Source of the DNA: an uncultured delta proteobacterium
GTDB lineage: Bacteria > Myxococcota > Myxococcia > Myxococcales > Myxococcaceae
Length of the DNA stretch: 64,000 bases
Reading direction: 5' to 3'
Assembly (NCBI GenBank): GCA_963796055.1
Contig: CAWCKH010000004.1
Span: forward strand, 2,112,001-2,176,000
Part shown: positions 20,864-29,733 of the stretch, in pieces
How positions within the stretch are numbered: the stretch's first letter is position 1
How the letters are laid out: each line of letters opens with the position of its first letter
Made by a program: the position numbers and the translations under genes
The notes under the pieces: model-generated
What the model saw: the letters and a program-made list of their open reading frames with translations, nothing else
Told to the model about the DNA's origin: nothing
Database searches by the model: none

Positions 20864-22489
20864 TCAGCGCTTCTGCCGGAGCTCGACTCGGCGGATCTTT
20901 CCGCTCACCGTCTTGGGCAGCTCGGCGACGAAGGAGATCTCGCGCGGGTACTTGTACGGTGCGGTGGTGCGCTTCACGTGGTCCTGCAGCTCGGCGGCAA
21001 GCGTCTCCGATCCGACTGCGCTGGCCTTGAGGACGACGAAGGCCTTGATGCGCTGTCCGAGCTTCTCGTCCGGGACGCCCACCACCGCGGACTCGGCCAC
21101 CGCGGGGTGCTCGAGGAGGGCGGACTCGACCTCGAACGGCCCCACCCGGTACCCGGAGGTCTTGATGACGTCGTCGGCGCGTCCGACGAACCAGAGGTAG
21201 CCGTCCTCGTCGCGGACCGCGCGGTCGCCGGTGACGTAGAAGTCACCGCGGAATGACGCGGCGTTGGTGGCCTCGTCGCCCAGGTACCCGGCGAACATGC
21301 CCACCGGGCGCAGCGGCTTCACCCGGACCGCGATGTCTCCCTCCTGGCCCACGGCCACCTCGCGGCCCTCATGATCGATGACCCGCACGTCGAACCCGGG
21401 CGAGGGCTTGCCCATGGAGCCCGGCTTGAACGCCAGGCACTGAAACATGCCGACGATGGCCACCGTCTCGGTCTGGCCGTAGCCCTCGCGGATGGTGAGC
21501 CCGGTGGCGCGTCTCCAGGCCTCGATCACCTCGGGGTTCAGCGGCTCGCCCGCGCTCACCACGTGCCTGAGCGCGGGGAAGGACCAGGCTCTCAGGTCCT
21601 CGAGCACGATGGCGCGCCAGGCGGTGGGCGGGGCGCAGAAGGTGGTCACCTTCTCGCGGGAGAGCAGATCGAGGAGGGCCCGGGCCTCGAACCGGCCCCG
21701 GAAGTCGTAGACCACCGAGCACGCGCCCTGGCTCCAGGGGCCGAACACCTTTCCCCAGGCGCACTTGGCCCAGCCGGTGTCGGAGAGGGTGAAGTGGATG
21801 TCGTCGGGTCCGAGGTCGAGCCAGTACTTGCCGGTGATCGCGTGGCCGATGCCGTAGCTGGCGTGGGTGTGGGGGACCATCTTGGGCATGCCGGTGGTGC
21901 CGCTGGTGAAGTAGACGAGCGTCCGATCGTCGGCGGCGGTGTCGGGGAACTCGGCCGCCCGCGCGCCATCGACCGTCTGGGTCCGGAAGCGGACCCAGGG
22001 CACCGGGGCCTCGTCGGTGCACACCCAGGCGATGACGTCGGAGTGGGCGCCGACCTCGAACTTCGGCAGGTGCTCGGCGGTGGTGACCACGGCGCGGGCC
22101 CGGCCGAGCTCGAGGCGGTACCTCACGTCCTTGCCGGTGAGCATGGTGGTCCCGGGCATCAACACGAGATTTGCCCGCATGCAGCCCAGGGCGAGGATCC
22201 ACCACTCGGCGAGCCGGGGCAGCATGGTGAAGACGCCGTCCCCGGGCCGCAGGCCGAGGTCGCGGAGGTAGAGGGCGGCGTGGACCGAGCGCTCCGCCAG
22301 CTCGCGCCAGCTGTAGACCTTCCTGTTCCCGCGGTCGTCGCAGTGGAGCATCGCCGGGGCCTCGGGGCGCTCGCTGGCCCAGCGGTCCACCACGTCGATG
22401 GCGAAGTTGAAGCGTTCGGGGCGATCCCAGCGGAAGGCGGCGACCTCCGCGTCGTAGTCGCTCATGTTCCGCGCCAAACGCTCAGCCAT
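20864..22489 (-). CDS. Acyl-CoA synthetase (medium/short-chain, ACSM-like)
   Basis: YFTSGTTGMPK, SDTGWAK, EGYGQTET, TGDRA, GRADDVIK and PKTVSGKIRR. Confidence 0.92.
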   Translation of the reverse strand: MAERLARNMSDYDAEVAAFRWDRPERFNFAIDVVDRWASERPEAPAMLHCDDRGNRKVYSWRELAERSVHAALYLRDLGLRPGDGVFTMLPRLAEWWILALGCMRANLVLMPGTTMLTGKDVRYRLELGRARAVVTTAEHLPKFEVGAHSDVIAWVCTDEAPVPWVRFRTQTVDGARAAEFPDTAADDRTLVYFTSGTTGMPKMVPHTHASYGIGHAITGKYWLDLGPDDIHFTLSDTGWAKCAWGKVFGPWSQGACSVVYDFRGRFEARALLDLLSREKVTTFCAPPTAWRAIVLEDLRAWSFPALRHVVSAGEPLNPEVIEAWRRATGLTIREGYGQTETVAIVGMFQCLAFKPGSMGKPSPGFDVRVIDHEGREVAVGQEGDIAVRVKPLRPVGMFAGYLGDEATNAASFRGDFYVTGDRAVRDEDGYLWFVGRADDVIKTSGYRVGPFEVESALLEHPAVAESAVVGVPDEKLGQRIKAFVVLKASAVGSETLAAELQDHVKRTTAPYKYPREISFVAELPKTVSGKIRRVELRQKR

Positions 22490-22566
22490 GGCCACCACCT
22501 CCGGTCGATCCCACGCTTTACCAGCTTGATCCAGGGATGGGGACCGGCGAGAAGCACCCCTCCGCC

Positions 22567-23676
22567 GTGACTGCCACCACTTCACGTCCTCGCCTGGACG
22601 GCGCGGACCTCGTCTTTCTGGTCCTGCTGGTCTTCGTCCCGGCGACCGTGGTGGCTGCCTGGTTGCACGGCGGCACGTGGGTGTTCGTCCTGGCGGCGCT
22701 GGCCCTGGTTCCCCTGGCCCGGTGGATCGGCACCGCGACCGAGGCGGTGGCCCGTCACCTCGGTCCCGGGCTCGGCGGGCTCCTGAACGCGACGTTCGGG
22801 AACGCCGCGGAGCTCATCGTGGGCATCGCCGCGCTCCGGGCCGGGCAGACGGCGGTGGTGAAGGCCTCCATCACCGGGAGCATCCTGGGGAATCTCCTGC
22901 TGGTCTTCGGGGCGACGATCCTCGCTGCCGGCCTCAAGGAGCCGCGGCCGAAGTTCAACGCCACCGCCGCGCTCTCCAGCTCTGCGCTCATGTACCTGGC
23001 GATGGTGGGGCTGGTGGTGCCGGACCTCTTTCACGCCACGCTCGGCGCGACGGTGACGGATCTCATGCGTCCGTTGTCGATGCTGGTCTCGATCATCCTG
23101 GTGGTGCTGTACGGCCTGAGCCTGCTGTTCTCGCTCCGGACCCACCAGCAGCTGTTCGAGGGGGCCGACCCGGTGGAGGCCGAGCTCGAGTCCGAGGAGG
23201 CCGTCCCCCCGGGTCCGTGGTCGCTCGGTCTCGGCATCACCGTGCTGCTGGTCGCCACCGCCGCCACGGTCGTGGTGTCAGAGCTGCTGGTCGGCTCGCT
23301 GGAGACGGTCATCGAGGGCTGGGGACTCACACCGACCTTCGTCGGGGTGATCATCATCGCGGTGGTGGGCAACGCCGCCGAGCACAGCACCGCGGTGCTG
23401 ATGGCCCTGGACCGGAAGCTCGAGGTGGGCATGGCCATCTGCTTCGAGAGCAGCAAGCAGATCGCCTTGCTGGTGGCGCCGCTGCTGGTCTTCGTCTCCG
23501 GGCCGCTCGGCCACCCGATCACCCTCGAGTTCGGCCACCTCGAGGTGCTGTCGCTGGCGCTGGCCGTCGGCGCCACCGCGCTGGTGACCGTCGATGGCGA
23601 GACGCACTGGCTCGAGGGGGCGATGCTGCTCGGCGTCTACGCCATCCTGGCCCTGGTCTTCTTCTTCGTCCCGTGA
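22567..23676 (+). CDS. cax: Ca2+/H+ exchanger (CAX/ChaA family)
   Basis: Alpha-repeat motifs GLLNATFGNAAE and GNAAEH; about 10-11 TM segments. Confidence 0.9.
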   Translation: MTATTSRPRLDGADLVFLVLLVFVPATVVAAWLHGGTWVFVLAALALVPLARWIGTATEAVARHLGPGLGGLLNATFGNAAELIVGIAALRAGQTAVVKASITGSILGNLLLVFGATILAAGLKEPRPKFNATAALSSSALMYLAMVGLVVPDLFHATLGATVTDLMRPLSMLVSIILVVLYGLSLLFSLRTHQQLFEGADPVEAELESEEAVPPGPWSLGLGITVLLVATAATVVVSELLVGSLETVIEGWGLTPTFVGVIIIAVVGNAAEHSTAVLMALDRKLEVGMAICFESSKQIALLVAPLLVFVSGPLGHPITLEFGHLEVLSLALAVGATALVTVDGETHWLEGAMLLGVYAILALVFFFVP

Positions 23677-24566
23677 ACGGGCGCGCGGACAGGGCGGCCC
23701 TCGCCGACGGCGTGCTGGTGGTGGTGACCGCCATCTGGGGGGCCAGCTTCGTCGTGGTGCAGGACGCGGTGCGACTGGCCGACCCGTTCACCTTCCTGGT
23801 GCTCCGGTTCACGCTGGGCGCGGCGGTGCTCACGGTCGTGGGCTGGCGCGGGCTCGGCGACCGGCGGCTACTGCGGGCGGGTGCAGGGCTGGGGGCGCTT
23901 CTCTTCCTGGGGTTCATCACCCAGACCGCGGGGCTTCAGTTCACCACCCCGTCGCGGAGCGGGTTCCTCACCGGTCTGTCGGTGCTGCTGGTGCCCTTCG
24001 TGGGCCTGGTCCTGTTCCGCAAGTGGCCCAGCCCCCCGGTGCTGCTGGGGGTAGCGCTCGCGGTCGCCGGGCTCTGGTTCCTCACCGGCGGGATGTCGGC
24101 GAGCGGCGGCGCGACGGCGAAGGGCGACCTTCTCACCATCGCCTGCGCGGTCGTCTTCGCCTTCTACATCGTGCTGCTCGAGCCGGCAGCGCGCGTGCAC
24201 CGCCCGACGCCGCTGGTCGCCGTCCAGCTATGGATGGTCGCGCTCCTGGCTCTGGTCGCGCTGCCGTTCGCGCCCCGGCACCTCGCCGCAACGCCCGCGC
24301 TGGGGTGGGCGGTGCTGTACACGGGGCTGCTGAGCACGGTCGTCTGCCTGCTTGCTCAGACCTGGGCGCAGGCCCGGACCTCGGCGGTGCGGGCGGCGCT
24401 GATCTTCGCCCTCGAGCCGGTGTTCGCGGCCCTCTGGTCGGTGATGGTGGGGCGGGAGCGCCTCGGCAGCCGGGAGCTGATGGGCGGGACGCTCATCGTC
24501 CTGGGCATCGTGGCCGCCGAGCTCGGAGGGGCGCTGTGGGCGCGCCGGAGGGCCGTGGTCTCCTGA
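23673..24566 (+). CDS. DMT/EamA family transporter
   Basis: IWGASF, GLQFTT and AALIFALEPVFA; about 10 TM segments. GTGA overlap with the exchanger gene. Confidence 0.9.
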   Translation: MNGRADRAALADGVLVVVTAIWGASFVVVQDAVRLADPFTFLVLRFTLGAAVLTVVGWRGLGDRRLLRAGAGLGALLFLGFITQTAGLQFTTPSRSGFLTGLSVLLVPFVGLVLFRKWPSPPVLLGVALAVAGLWFLTGGMSASGGATAKGDLLTIACAVVFAFYIVLLEPAARVHRPTPLVAVQLWMVALLALVALPFAPRHLAATPALGWAVLYTGLLSTVVCLLAQTWAQARTSAVRAALIFALEPVFAALWSVMVGRERLGSRELMGGTLIVLGIVAAELGGALWARRRAVVS

Positions 24567-24720
24567 GGCGCGGAGGCTGTCAGCACCGCGCGGTATGAGT
24601 CGCTCCATTGGCGGGGCGACCTGGCCGCCGGGCCTTCGACCGATGAGCGACGAGCGTCTGACTCTCTCCCTCGCAGTCGAGCCGGGCTCGGCGTTTCGGC
24701 GCTAGAGTCCGCCCCACGTC

Positions 24721-25698
24721 ATGCCTGTCGAGCTGAGGCGCGGAGGTCTCCACCTGTCGGGCACGGCGCTCTGGCTGGATGCACACCGCAAGGCGCCGCT
24801 GGCCTTCGTGAGTCATGCACACGCGGACCACATCGCCCGGCACGAGCGGGTCATCGCCACGCGGGCGACGCTCCGGCTGATGTCGCACCGGCTCGGCGCG
24901 CTGCCCTCGTGTCTGCCGGTCCCGTACAACCGACCGTTCGAGCTCGGCCCGCTCTGCCTGGAGCTGCTCCCGGCGGGGCACATCCTCGGCTCGGCGCAGC
25001 TGCGCGTCATCCGCTCCGACGGCACGCGCGTCACGTACACCGGCGACCTGAATCTCGAGGCGTCCTCCACGGCCGAGCCGGCGCAGGTGGCCGAGTGCGA
25101 CACGCTGGTCCTGGAGTCGACCTTCGGGCATCCCCGGTACCGGTTCCCCCCGAAGGCAGAGGTGCTGGGGGCGATCGAGGCCTTCGCGTGCAGCACGCTC
25201 GAGCGCGGGGCGACGCCGGTGCTCCTGGGGTACAGCCTGGGGAAGAGCCAGGAGGTCATCGGGGCCCTGACCTCACGCGGCCACAGCGTGGTGGCGCACG
25301 CCTCGGTCTGTGCGGTGGCCGAGGTGTACCGCTCGCTCGGGGTCGAGGTCGGGACAGTGCGGCGGTTCGACGGAACCTGGCTCCCCGGCGAGGTGGGAGT
25401 GTTCCCGCCACACGTCTGGAAGTTCGAGCGGCTGCTGCGGCCGTGGCCCCGGCGCACCGCGGTGCTCACCGGGTGGGCGGTCGACCCGGGAACGGCAAGG
25501 CGCTACGGGGCGGACGAGGCCTTCCCGCTCTCGGACCACGCCGACTTCGAGGGGCTGCTCTCCTACGCAAAGTCGACCGGCGCGTCCGAGGTGCTGACCC
25601 ACCACGGATTTGCGCAGGAGCTGGCAAGGGCCTTGCGGGACCGCGGCATCGACGCCCGGCCGCTCGGAACGGTGCGGCAGCTCGATCTGTTCGGCTGA
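24721..25698 (+). CDS. beta-CASP MBL-fold exonuclease (ligase-associated DNA-damage exonuclease-like)
   Basis: FVSHAHADH, PAGHILGSA, YTGD, LESTFG, YSLGKSQE, LSDHADF and HG motifs. C-terminus is RQLDLFG. Confidence 0.85.
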   Translation: MPVELRRGGLHLSGTALWLDAHRKAPLAFVSHAHADHIARHERVIATRATLRLMSHRLGALPSCLPVPYNRPFELGPLCLELLPAGHILGSAQLRVIRSDGTRVTYTGDLNLEASSTAEPAQVAECDTLVLESTFGHPRYRFPPKAEVLGAIEAFACSTLERGATPVLLGYSLGKSQEVIGALTSRGHSVVAHASVCAVAEVYRSLGVEVGTVRRFDGTWLPGEVGVFPPHVWKFERLLRPWPRRTAVLTGWAVDPGTARRYGADEAFPLSDHADFEGLLSYAKSTGASEVLTHHGFAQELARALRDRGIDARPLGTVRQLDLFG

Positions 25699-25748
25699 GG
25701 CGCGAGGCCGACCGGTTGCGCCGCTGCAGATGGGGACGCGGCCATCCG

Positions 25749-25961
25749 GGGGTGGCTGGCGCGATGCTCGACCCGGACGGCCTGCGTGGTTCCCGGGCGC
25801 TCCGAGGATCCGGACGGGCCCATCTCGTGACAGAGCGGGAAAGCCCGTTCACGCGCGCACCTCGGATCGTGGGATTGCACGTCACGTCCCCGAACGATCT
25901 GTCCCCTGGGCGGGGGGTCCACGCAACCGGGGTCGAGCAGCCGCACCGCCGCCCGCCACCC
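25749..25961. ncRNA. Candidate structured RNA (multi-branch, nested inverted repeats); family and strand unknown
   Basis: Pairings seen by eye: TGCTCGACCC(25765)/GGGTCGAGCA(25930), TGCGTGG/CCACGCA, TCCGAGG/CCTCGGA, GAGCGGG-AAAG-CCCGTTC, GATCGT/ACGATC and GGGTGGC/GCCACCC. Confidence 0.4.
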
Positions 25962-25991
25962 TCGGCCCGAGGGCGTTCCCGTCTGAGGGGT

Positions 25992-27440
25992 TCACTCCTC
26001 CGGCGACTGGACCAGCAGCTTCTCCTTGCCGCACACCGCGCAGCGGAGGTGGATGAAGAGGTCCCCCTCGCTGTCCTCGGGCACGGTGCCGGCCGGCACG
26101 CCGAGCTCGGCTTGTGCCAGCTCCGGAACCCGCTTCGGCACCTCCGCCGCGGGGAAGGACTGCAGGGTGAGCATCTCCCGGTCGTGGCACTCCCGGAACT
26201 CGGGGCCGTGGAGCCAGGCCGGCTCGGTGCCCGCCGGCAGCCGGGACAGCTGTTCCAGGTGCGTCACCGACTCCGCCAGATATGCGAGCCGGCGCAGTCG
26301 CGCCTCCTCCGGCAGGCCTGCGTAGGCAGAGAACGCATCGCCGAGCGCCTGTCGGTCGTCCCCCACCGCCATCGCGAGCAAATCCAGGGCCGACTCGTGC
26401 GACTCCACCGCCTCGTCCCAGTTGTTCTCCGGGTTGAACCCTGCCTCGAGCAGCGCCTCGAAGAGCTGCGATGCCGCGAGGCGCCGCCGCACCTCGCCCA
26501 GGGCCTCCTCGGCGTTGTGCGCCAGCCGCAGCTCCCACATCGCCCCGGCCACGCGGGGGTCCACCGCGCCGGTGAGGTCGTCCACCTCGAGCTCGGCGCG
26601 GAGCAGCTCCCGGAGCGCATTGGCCGCCGAGAAGCGGAACGCGGGCTCGACGCCCACCTCCCGGAGGTACATCACCGCGTACGGCGCTTCCTTGGAGCCG
26701 AGGCGGAGCGCGCTCTGCGCCCGCTTCACCGCGTCCGGGTCGGTCACGGGTCGGCTGCCCTCGAGCCGCTGCTTCACCGCCTCGCGGAGGAGCGACTCGA
26801 GCCCGGCGCCCGGGGGGAGTCGTGTGGGCAACGGCGGACGCAGGTTCGGCGCGTCCAGCACCCAGGGCGGGATCGTGCCCAGCCGCTTGAGGCCGCGGTA
26901 GAGCAGCGTCCCCGGGGGATCCTGTGGCTGGAACGGGGGCGGCTCGTCGATGCCCGTCCCGGCCAGCGCGGCCACGTTGGCCTGGCGCTGCTCCCGGGTG
27001 AAGGAGGTCGCCCCGTGGACCGGAGGCGGGGGAGGCGGCGGGGCCTCCTCTCCGTCCAGCCCGTGCACCCGGTCCATGTCCACGTCGTCCAGCTCCAGTG
27101 AGTCCAGCCCCTGTGCACCCGAGAAGTCGCAGCGGAGGAGCTTCAACCGCTCGAAGGTGGCCCCGTCCAGGTTGGCCCCGCGGAAGTCGCAGTCTTGCAG
27201 GCGCCCCCCGTGAAAGTAGGCGTTCGACAGGTCGGTGTCCCGGAAGCTGACCTTGGAGAGGTCGCAGCGGTCCCACTCGCTCCCCACGAGGGTCAGCCCG
27301 GAAAGGTCGGTGTTGGCGGAGAACAGGTTCTCGAAGGTGGCCCCGGTATGGTCGGTGGACACCGTCCCCGCCTTCCGCTGCCTGTTCCACTCTGTGGAGC
27401 CGTTCTTGAGCAGCTCCTCGATTTTCAGGGTCTTCGGCAT
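25992..27440 (-). CDS. Pentapeptide-repeat protein with helical C-terminal region and terminal CxxC
   Basis: A(D/N)LxX-type repeats across residues about 35-115, a poly-Pro linker and C-terminal HLRCAVCGKE. Confidence 0.85.
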   Translation of the reverse strand: MPKTLKIEELLKNGSTEWNRQRKAGTVSTDHTGATFENLFSANTDLSGLTLVGSEWDRCDLSKVSFRDTDLSNAYFHGGRLQDCDFRGANLDGATFERLKLLRCDFSGAQGLDSLELDDVDMDRVHGLDGEEAPPPPPPPVHGATSFTREQRQANVAALAGTGIDEPPPFQPQDPPGTLLYRGLKRLGTIPPWVLDAPNLRPPLPTRLPPGAGLESLLREAVKQRLEGSRPVTDPDAVKRAQSALRLGSKEAPYAVMYLREVGVEPAFRFSAANALRELLRAELEVDDLTGAVDPRVAGAMWELRLAHNAEEALGEVRRRLAASQLFEALLEAGFNPENNWDEAVESHESALDLLAMAVGDDRQALGDAFSAYAGLPEEARLRRLAYLAESVTHLEQLSRLPAGTEPAWLHGPEFRECHDREMLTLQSFPAAEVPKRVPELAQAELGVPAGTVPEDSEGDLFIHLRCAVCGKEKLLVQSPEE

Positions 27441-27489
27441 AAATGGACCCCCAGTCTATCGGTGTGCTTCCATCCGCCGCCCGAGGAAA

Positions 27490-28444
27490 ATGCTCGAGTT
27501 TCGCATCGACAGCGACCACGCGGGGGTGCGGCTCGACAAGGTGCTCCGCCAGCGCCTGCCGCGGGTCCCCGCCAGCCACCTCCAGAAGATGATCCGCACC
27601 AAGAAGGTGCGGGTGAACGGACGGCGGGCCCGCCCCGAGCAACCCCTCGCCGAGGGGGACGTGCTCACCATCCGGGGAGACGAGCGAGCGCTTCTCGGCG
27701 AGACCCCGGTCCCCGCCCGCGCCCCGGCGCCCGAGGAGGTCGCGCGGCTCCGCATCCTCCACGAGGACGGCTGGATGATGGCCGTGGACAAGCCGTCCGG
27801 CCTGGCGGTGCACCCGGGCAGCGGCATCCGTGGTGGCACCCTGGTGGACCTGGTCCGCGCCCACCTCGGGCCGAGGGCGGAGCGCAACGGCTTCTCGGCC
27901 AGCCCGGGGCACCGGCTGGACCGCGAGACCTCCGGGGTCATCGTGGTCGCCAAGCGACGCCCGGCGATGGTGCACTTCACCGAGGTCTTCACCCACGGCG
28001 GCGCCCGGAAGCAGTACCTGACCCTGGCCAAGGGGACCTTTTCCAGGGCCGAGGGACGCATCGACCTGCCGCTCTCCGAGCACCAGCAGTCCGCCGAGTC
28101 GAAGGCGCGCCGGGGGGTGAACATGCAGGAGGCGGCGACCCGGTACCGGGTGCTGCGCCAGGGCGGCGAGGCAGCGCTCCTGGAGGTGACGCTCGAGACC
28201 GGGCGGACCCATCAGAATCCGCCGGCACCTCGCCGCCATCGGTCATCCGGTGGCCGGCGATCGAAAGTACGGGGACTTCGCCTTCAACCGGGACGCGCGG
28301 GCCCGCTGGGGGCTGAAGCGGCTGTTCCTCCACGCCGAGCGGCTCGAGCTCCCGCACCCCGAGACCGGAGCCCGGATCCGCCTCGAGTCCCCGCTGCCGG
28401 AGGAGCTCGTGGAGGTGCTCCACTGCGCGGGCATCCGGAGGTGA
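27490..28444 (+). pseudogene. RluA-family pseudouridine synthase with S4 domain, interrupted by a +1 frameshift at about 28216 (possible sequencing error)
   Basis: VDKPSGLAVHPG, HRLDRETSG and ETGRTHQ. Removing one A from CAGAATC restores HQIRRHLAAIGHPVAGDRKYG...LFLHAERL. Confidence 0.85.
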
Positions 28445-28471
28445 CGGACTGGGAACGGCGCTGCGCGGAGG

Positions 28472-29431
28472 TCATCCTCGGCGGTCCCGACCGCCGCGAC
28501 CTTCTCGAGAATCCCTAGAGGCCCCGCTCCGGCGGGTGGACGAGGGTCGCGCGCGGGACGGGGGCTCGCTCCGGGCGATGCCCAGGATCCATTCACGGAA
28601 CGCGACCAGGGCCGGGTGGTTCTCCGAGCGCGGCGGGTACACCAGGTAGTGGGAGGCCTCGGCGGCGAGGCGGTGGGTGGTGAGGGCGACCAACCTTCCC
28701 GTGTCGATCAGCGGCCGGACCATGGTCAACCGTCCCATCGCCACGCCCAGGCCCTCGATGGCCGCACGGTGGAGGGACTCGGTGTCGTGGAACCGGGCCG
28801 CGTAGCGCGAGGGAGCGGTCCCGCCGAAGTGCGCGAACCACTCGTGCCAGCGCTCACCAGAGTCCCCGAGCATCGGAACGCCGGTGAAGTCCCCCTGCTT
28901 CGCCCGGGGAAAGCGGCGGAGAAGCCCCGGGCTGCAGACCGGGAGAACCCACTCTCCGAACAGCAGATGTGCCTTGAGCCCGGACCAGCCGCCGGTTCCG
29001 AAGCGCAGCGCGGCGTCGACGTCCTGGCGATCGAAGTCCACCAGGTCGGTGGTGGACTCGAGGTTCAGCTCCACCTCGGGATGGCGGGCGGTGAACGCCG
29101 GGAGGCGGGGGATGAGCCAGCTCGAGGCCACCGAGGGCATCACGCTCAGGGTCAACGCGTTCGGGCTCCGGGGCGGCTCGGGGACCAGCGCCGCGGAGAG
29201 CGCGTCCAGGTGAGGAGCGACCTGTGCCAGGAGCCGCTCGCCAGCCTCGGTCAAACGGAGTCCCCGCGGGCCACGGTCGAAGAGGCGCTGTCCGAGCAGC
29301 TGCTCGAGCCCCCTGACTTGATGGCTGAGCGCGCTGACCGTGAGGTGCATCGAGGCCGCGGCCCGGGAGAGGTTCCGGAGGCGGGCGGCCGCCACGAAGC
29401 CCGGCAGCAGATTCAGGGGGACCTTGTTCAC
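28472..29431 (-). CDS. LysR family transcriptional regulator (GcvA-like)
   Basis: HTH F.AAARLRNLSRAA..MHLTVSALSHQVRGLE, then WLIPRLPAF, DAALRFG and FREWIL. Confidence 0.93.
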   Translation of the reverse strand: MNKVPLNLLPGFVAAARLRNLSRAAASMHLTVSALSHQVRGLEQLLGQRLFDRGPRGLRLTEAGERLLAQVAPHLDALSAALVPEPPRSPNALTLSVMPSVASSWLIPRLPAFTARHPEVELNLESTTDLVDFDRQDVDAALRFGTGGWSGLKAHLLFGEWVLPVCSPGLLRRFPRAKQGDFTGVPMLGDSGERWHEWFAHFGGTAPSRYAARFHDTESLHRAAIEGLGVAMGRLTMVRPLIDTGRLVALTTHRLAAEASHYLVYPPRSENHPALVAFREWILGIARSEPPSRARPSSTRRSGASRDSREGRGGRDRRG

Positions 29432-29432
29432 C

Positions 29433-29447
29433 TTGAGCCCAGTTCAA
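29433..29447. promoter_or_regulatory. Putative LysR recognition site (TTGA-N7-TCAA, contains T-N11-A)
   Basis: TTGAGCCCAGTTCAA lies immediately upstream of the LysR start, in an AT-richer divergent intergenic region. Confidence 0.6.
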
Positions 29448-29529
29448 CGCGGGATTGAAAAACTATCGCATTGGCCCCTCTACCGCAGCCCATTAAGGCT
29501 ACGACCTAACTCAAGATGGAAGGCCAGCG

Positions 29530-29730
29530 ATGAGCATCTGGACCGAGCTTCTCTTCCTCCATGGACATGTCACCCGTATCTCCGCGGTGGACACCCCGGC
29601 CGGGCACCGCGCGCAGACCGACCCCGCCGAGGCCGCCGACCGGCTCCGGGAGCTGATCGGCTGCCCGGCCCGCTCCCAGCGCAGGAAGGAGCCGCCGGGA
29701 CCGATCCTCGGGGTGCGCGGGCTGGCTTGA
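29530..29730 (+). CDS. Small protein (66 aa) divergent from LysR
   Basis: GGAAGG RBS, ATG, N-terminus MSIWTELLFLHGH. Fits the canonical position of a LysR target. Confidence 0.6.
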   Translation: MSIWTELLFLHGHVTRISAVDTPAGHRAQTDPAEAADRLRELIGCPARSQRRKEPPGPILGVRGLA

Positions 29731-29733
29731 GGC

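Noticed and set aside
25749..25961. Assignment as 6S RNA, SRP RNA, Pxr sRNA or retron msr-msd
   Set aside because: No SRP GGAA/AGCAG core, the fold is branched rather than rod-like, the usual gene contexts are absent and there is no reverse transcriptase nearby. Kept only as an unassigned candidate.
28200..28260. Programmed ribosomal frameshift in rluA
   Set aside because: There is no slippery sequence and the break falls inside a catalytic-domain motif. An indel error or recent mutation is simpler.
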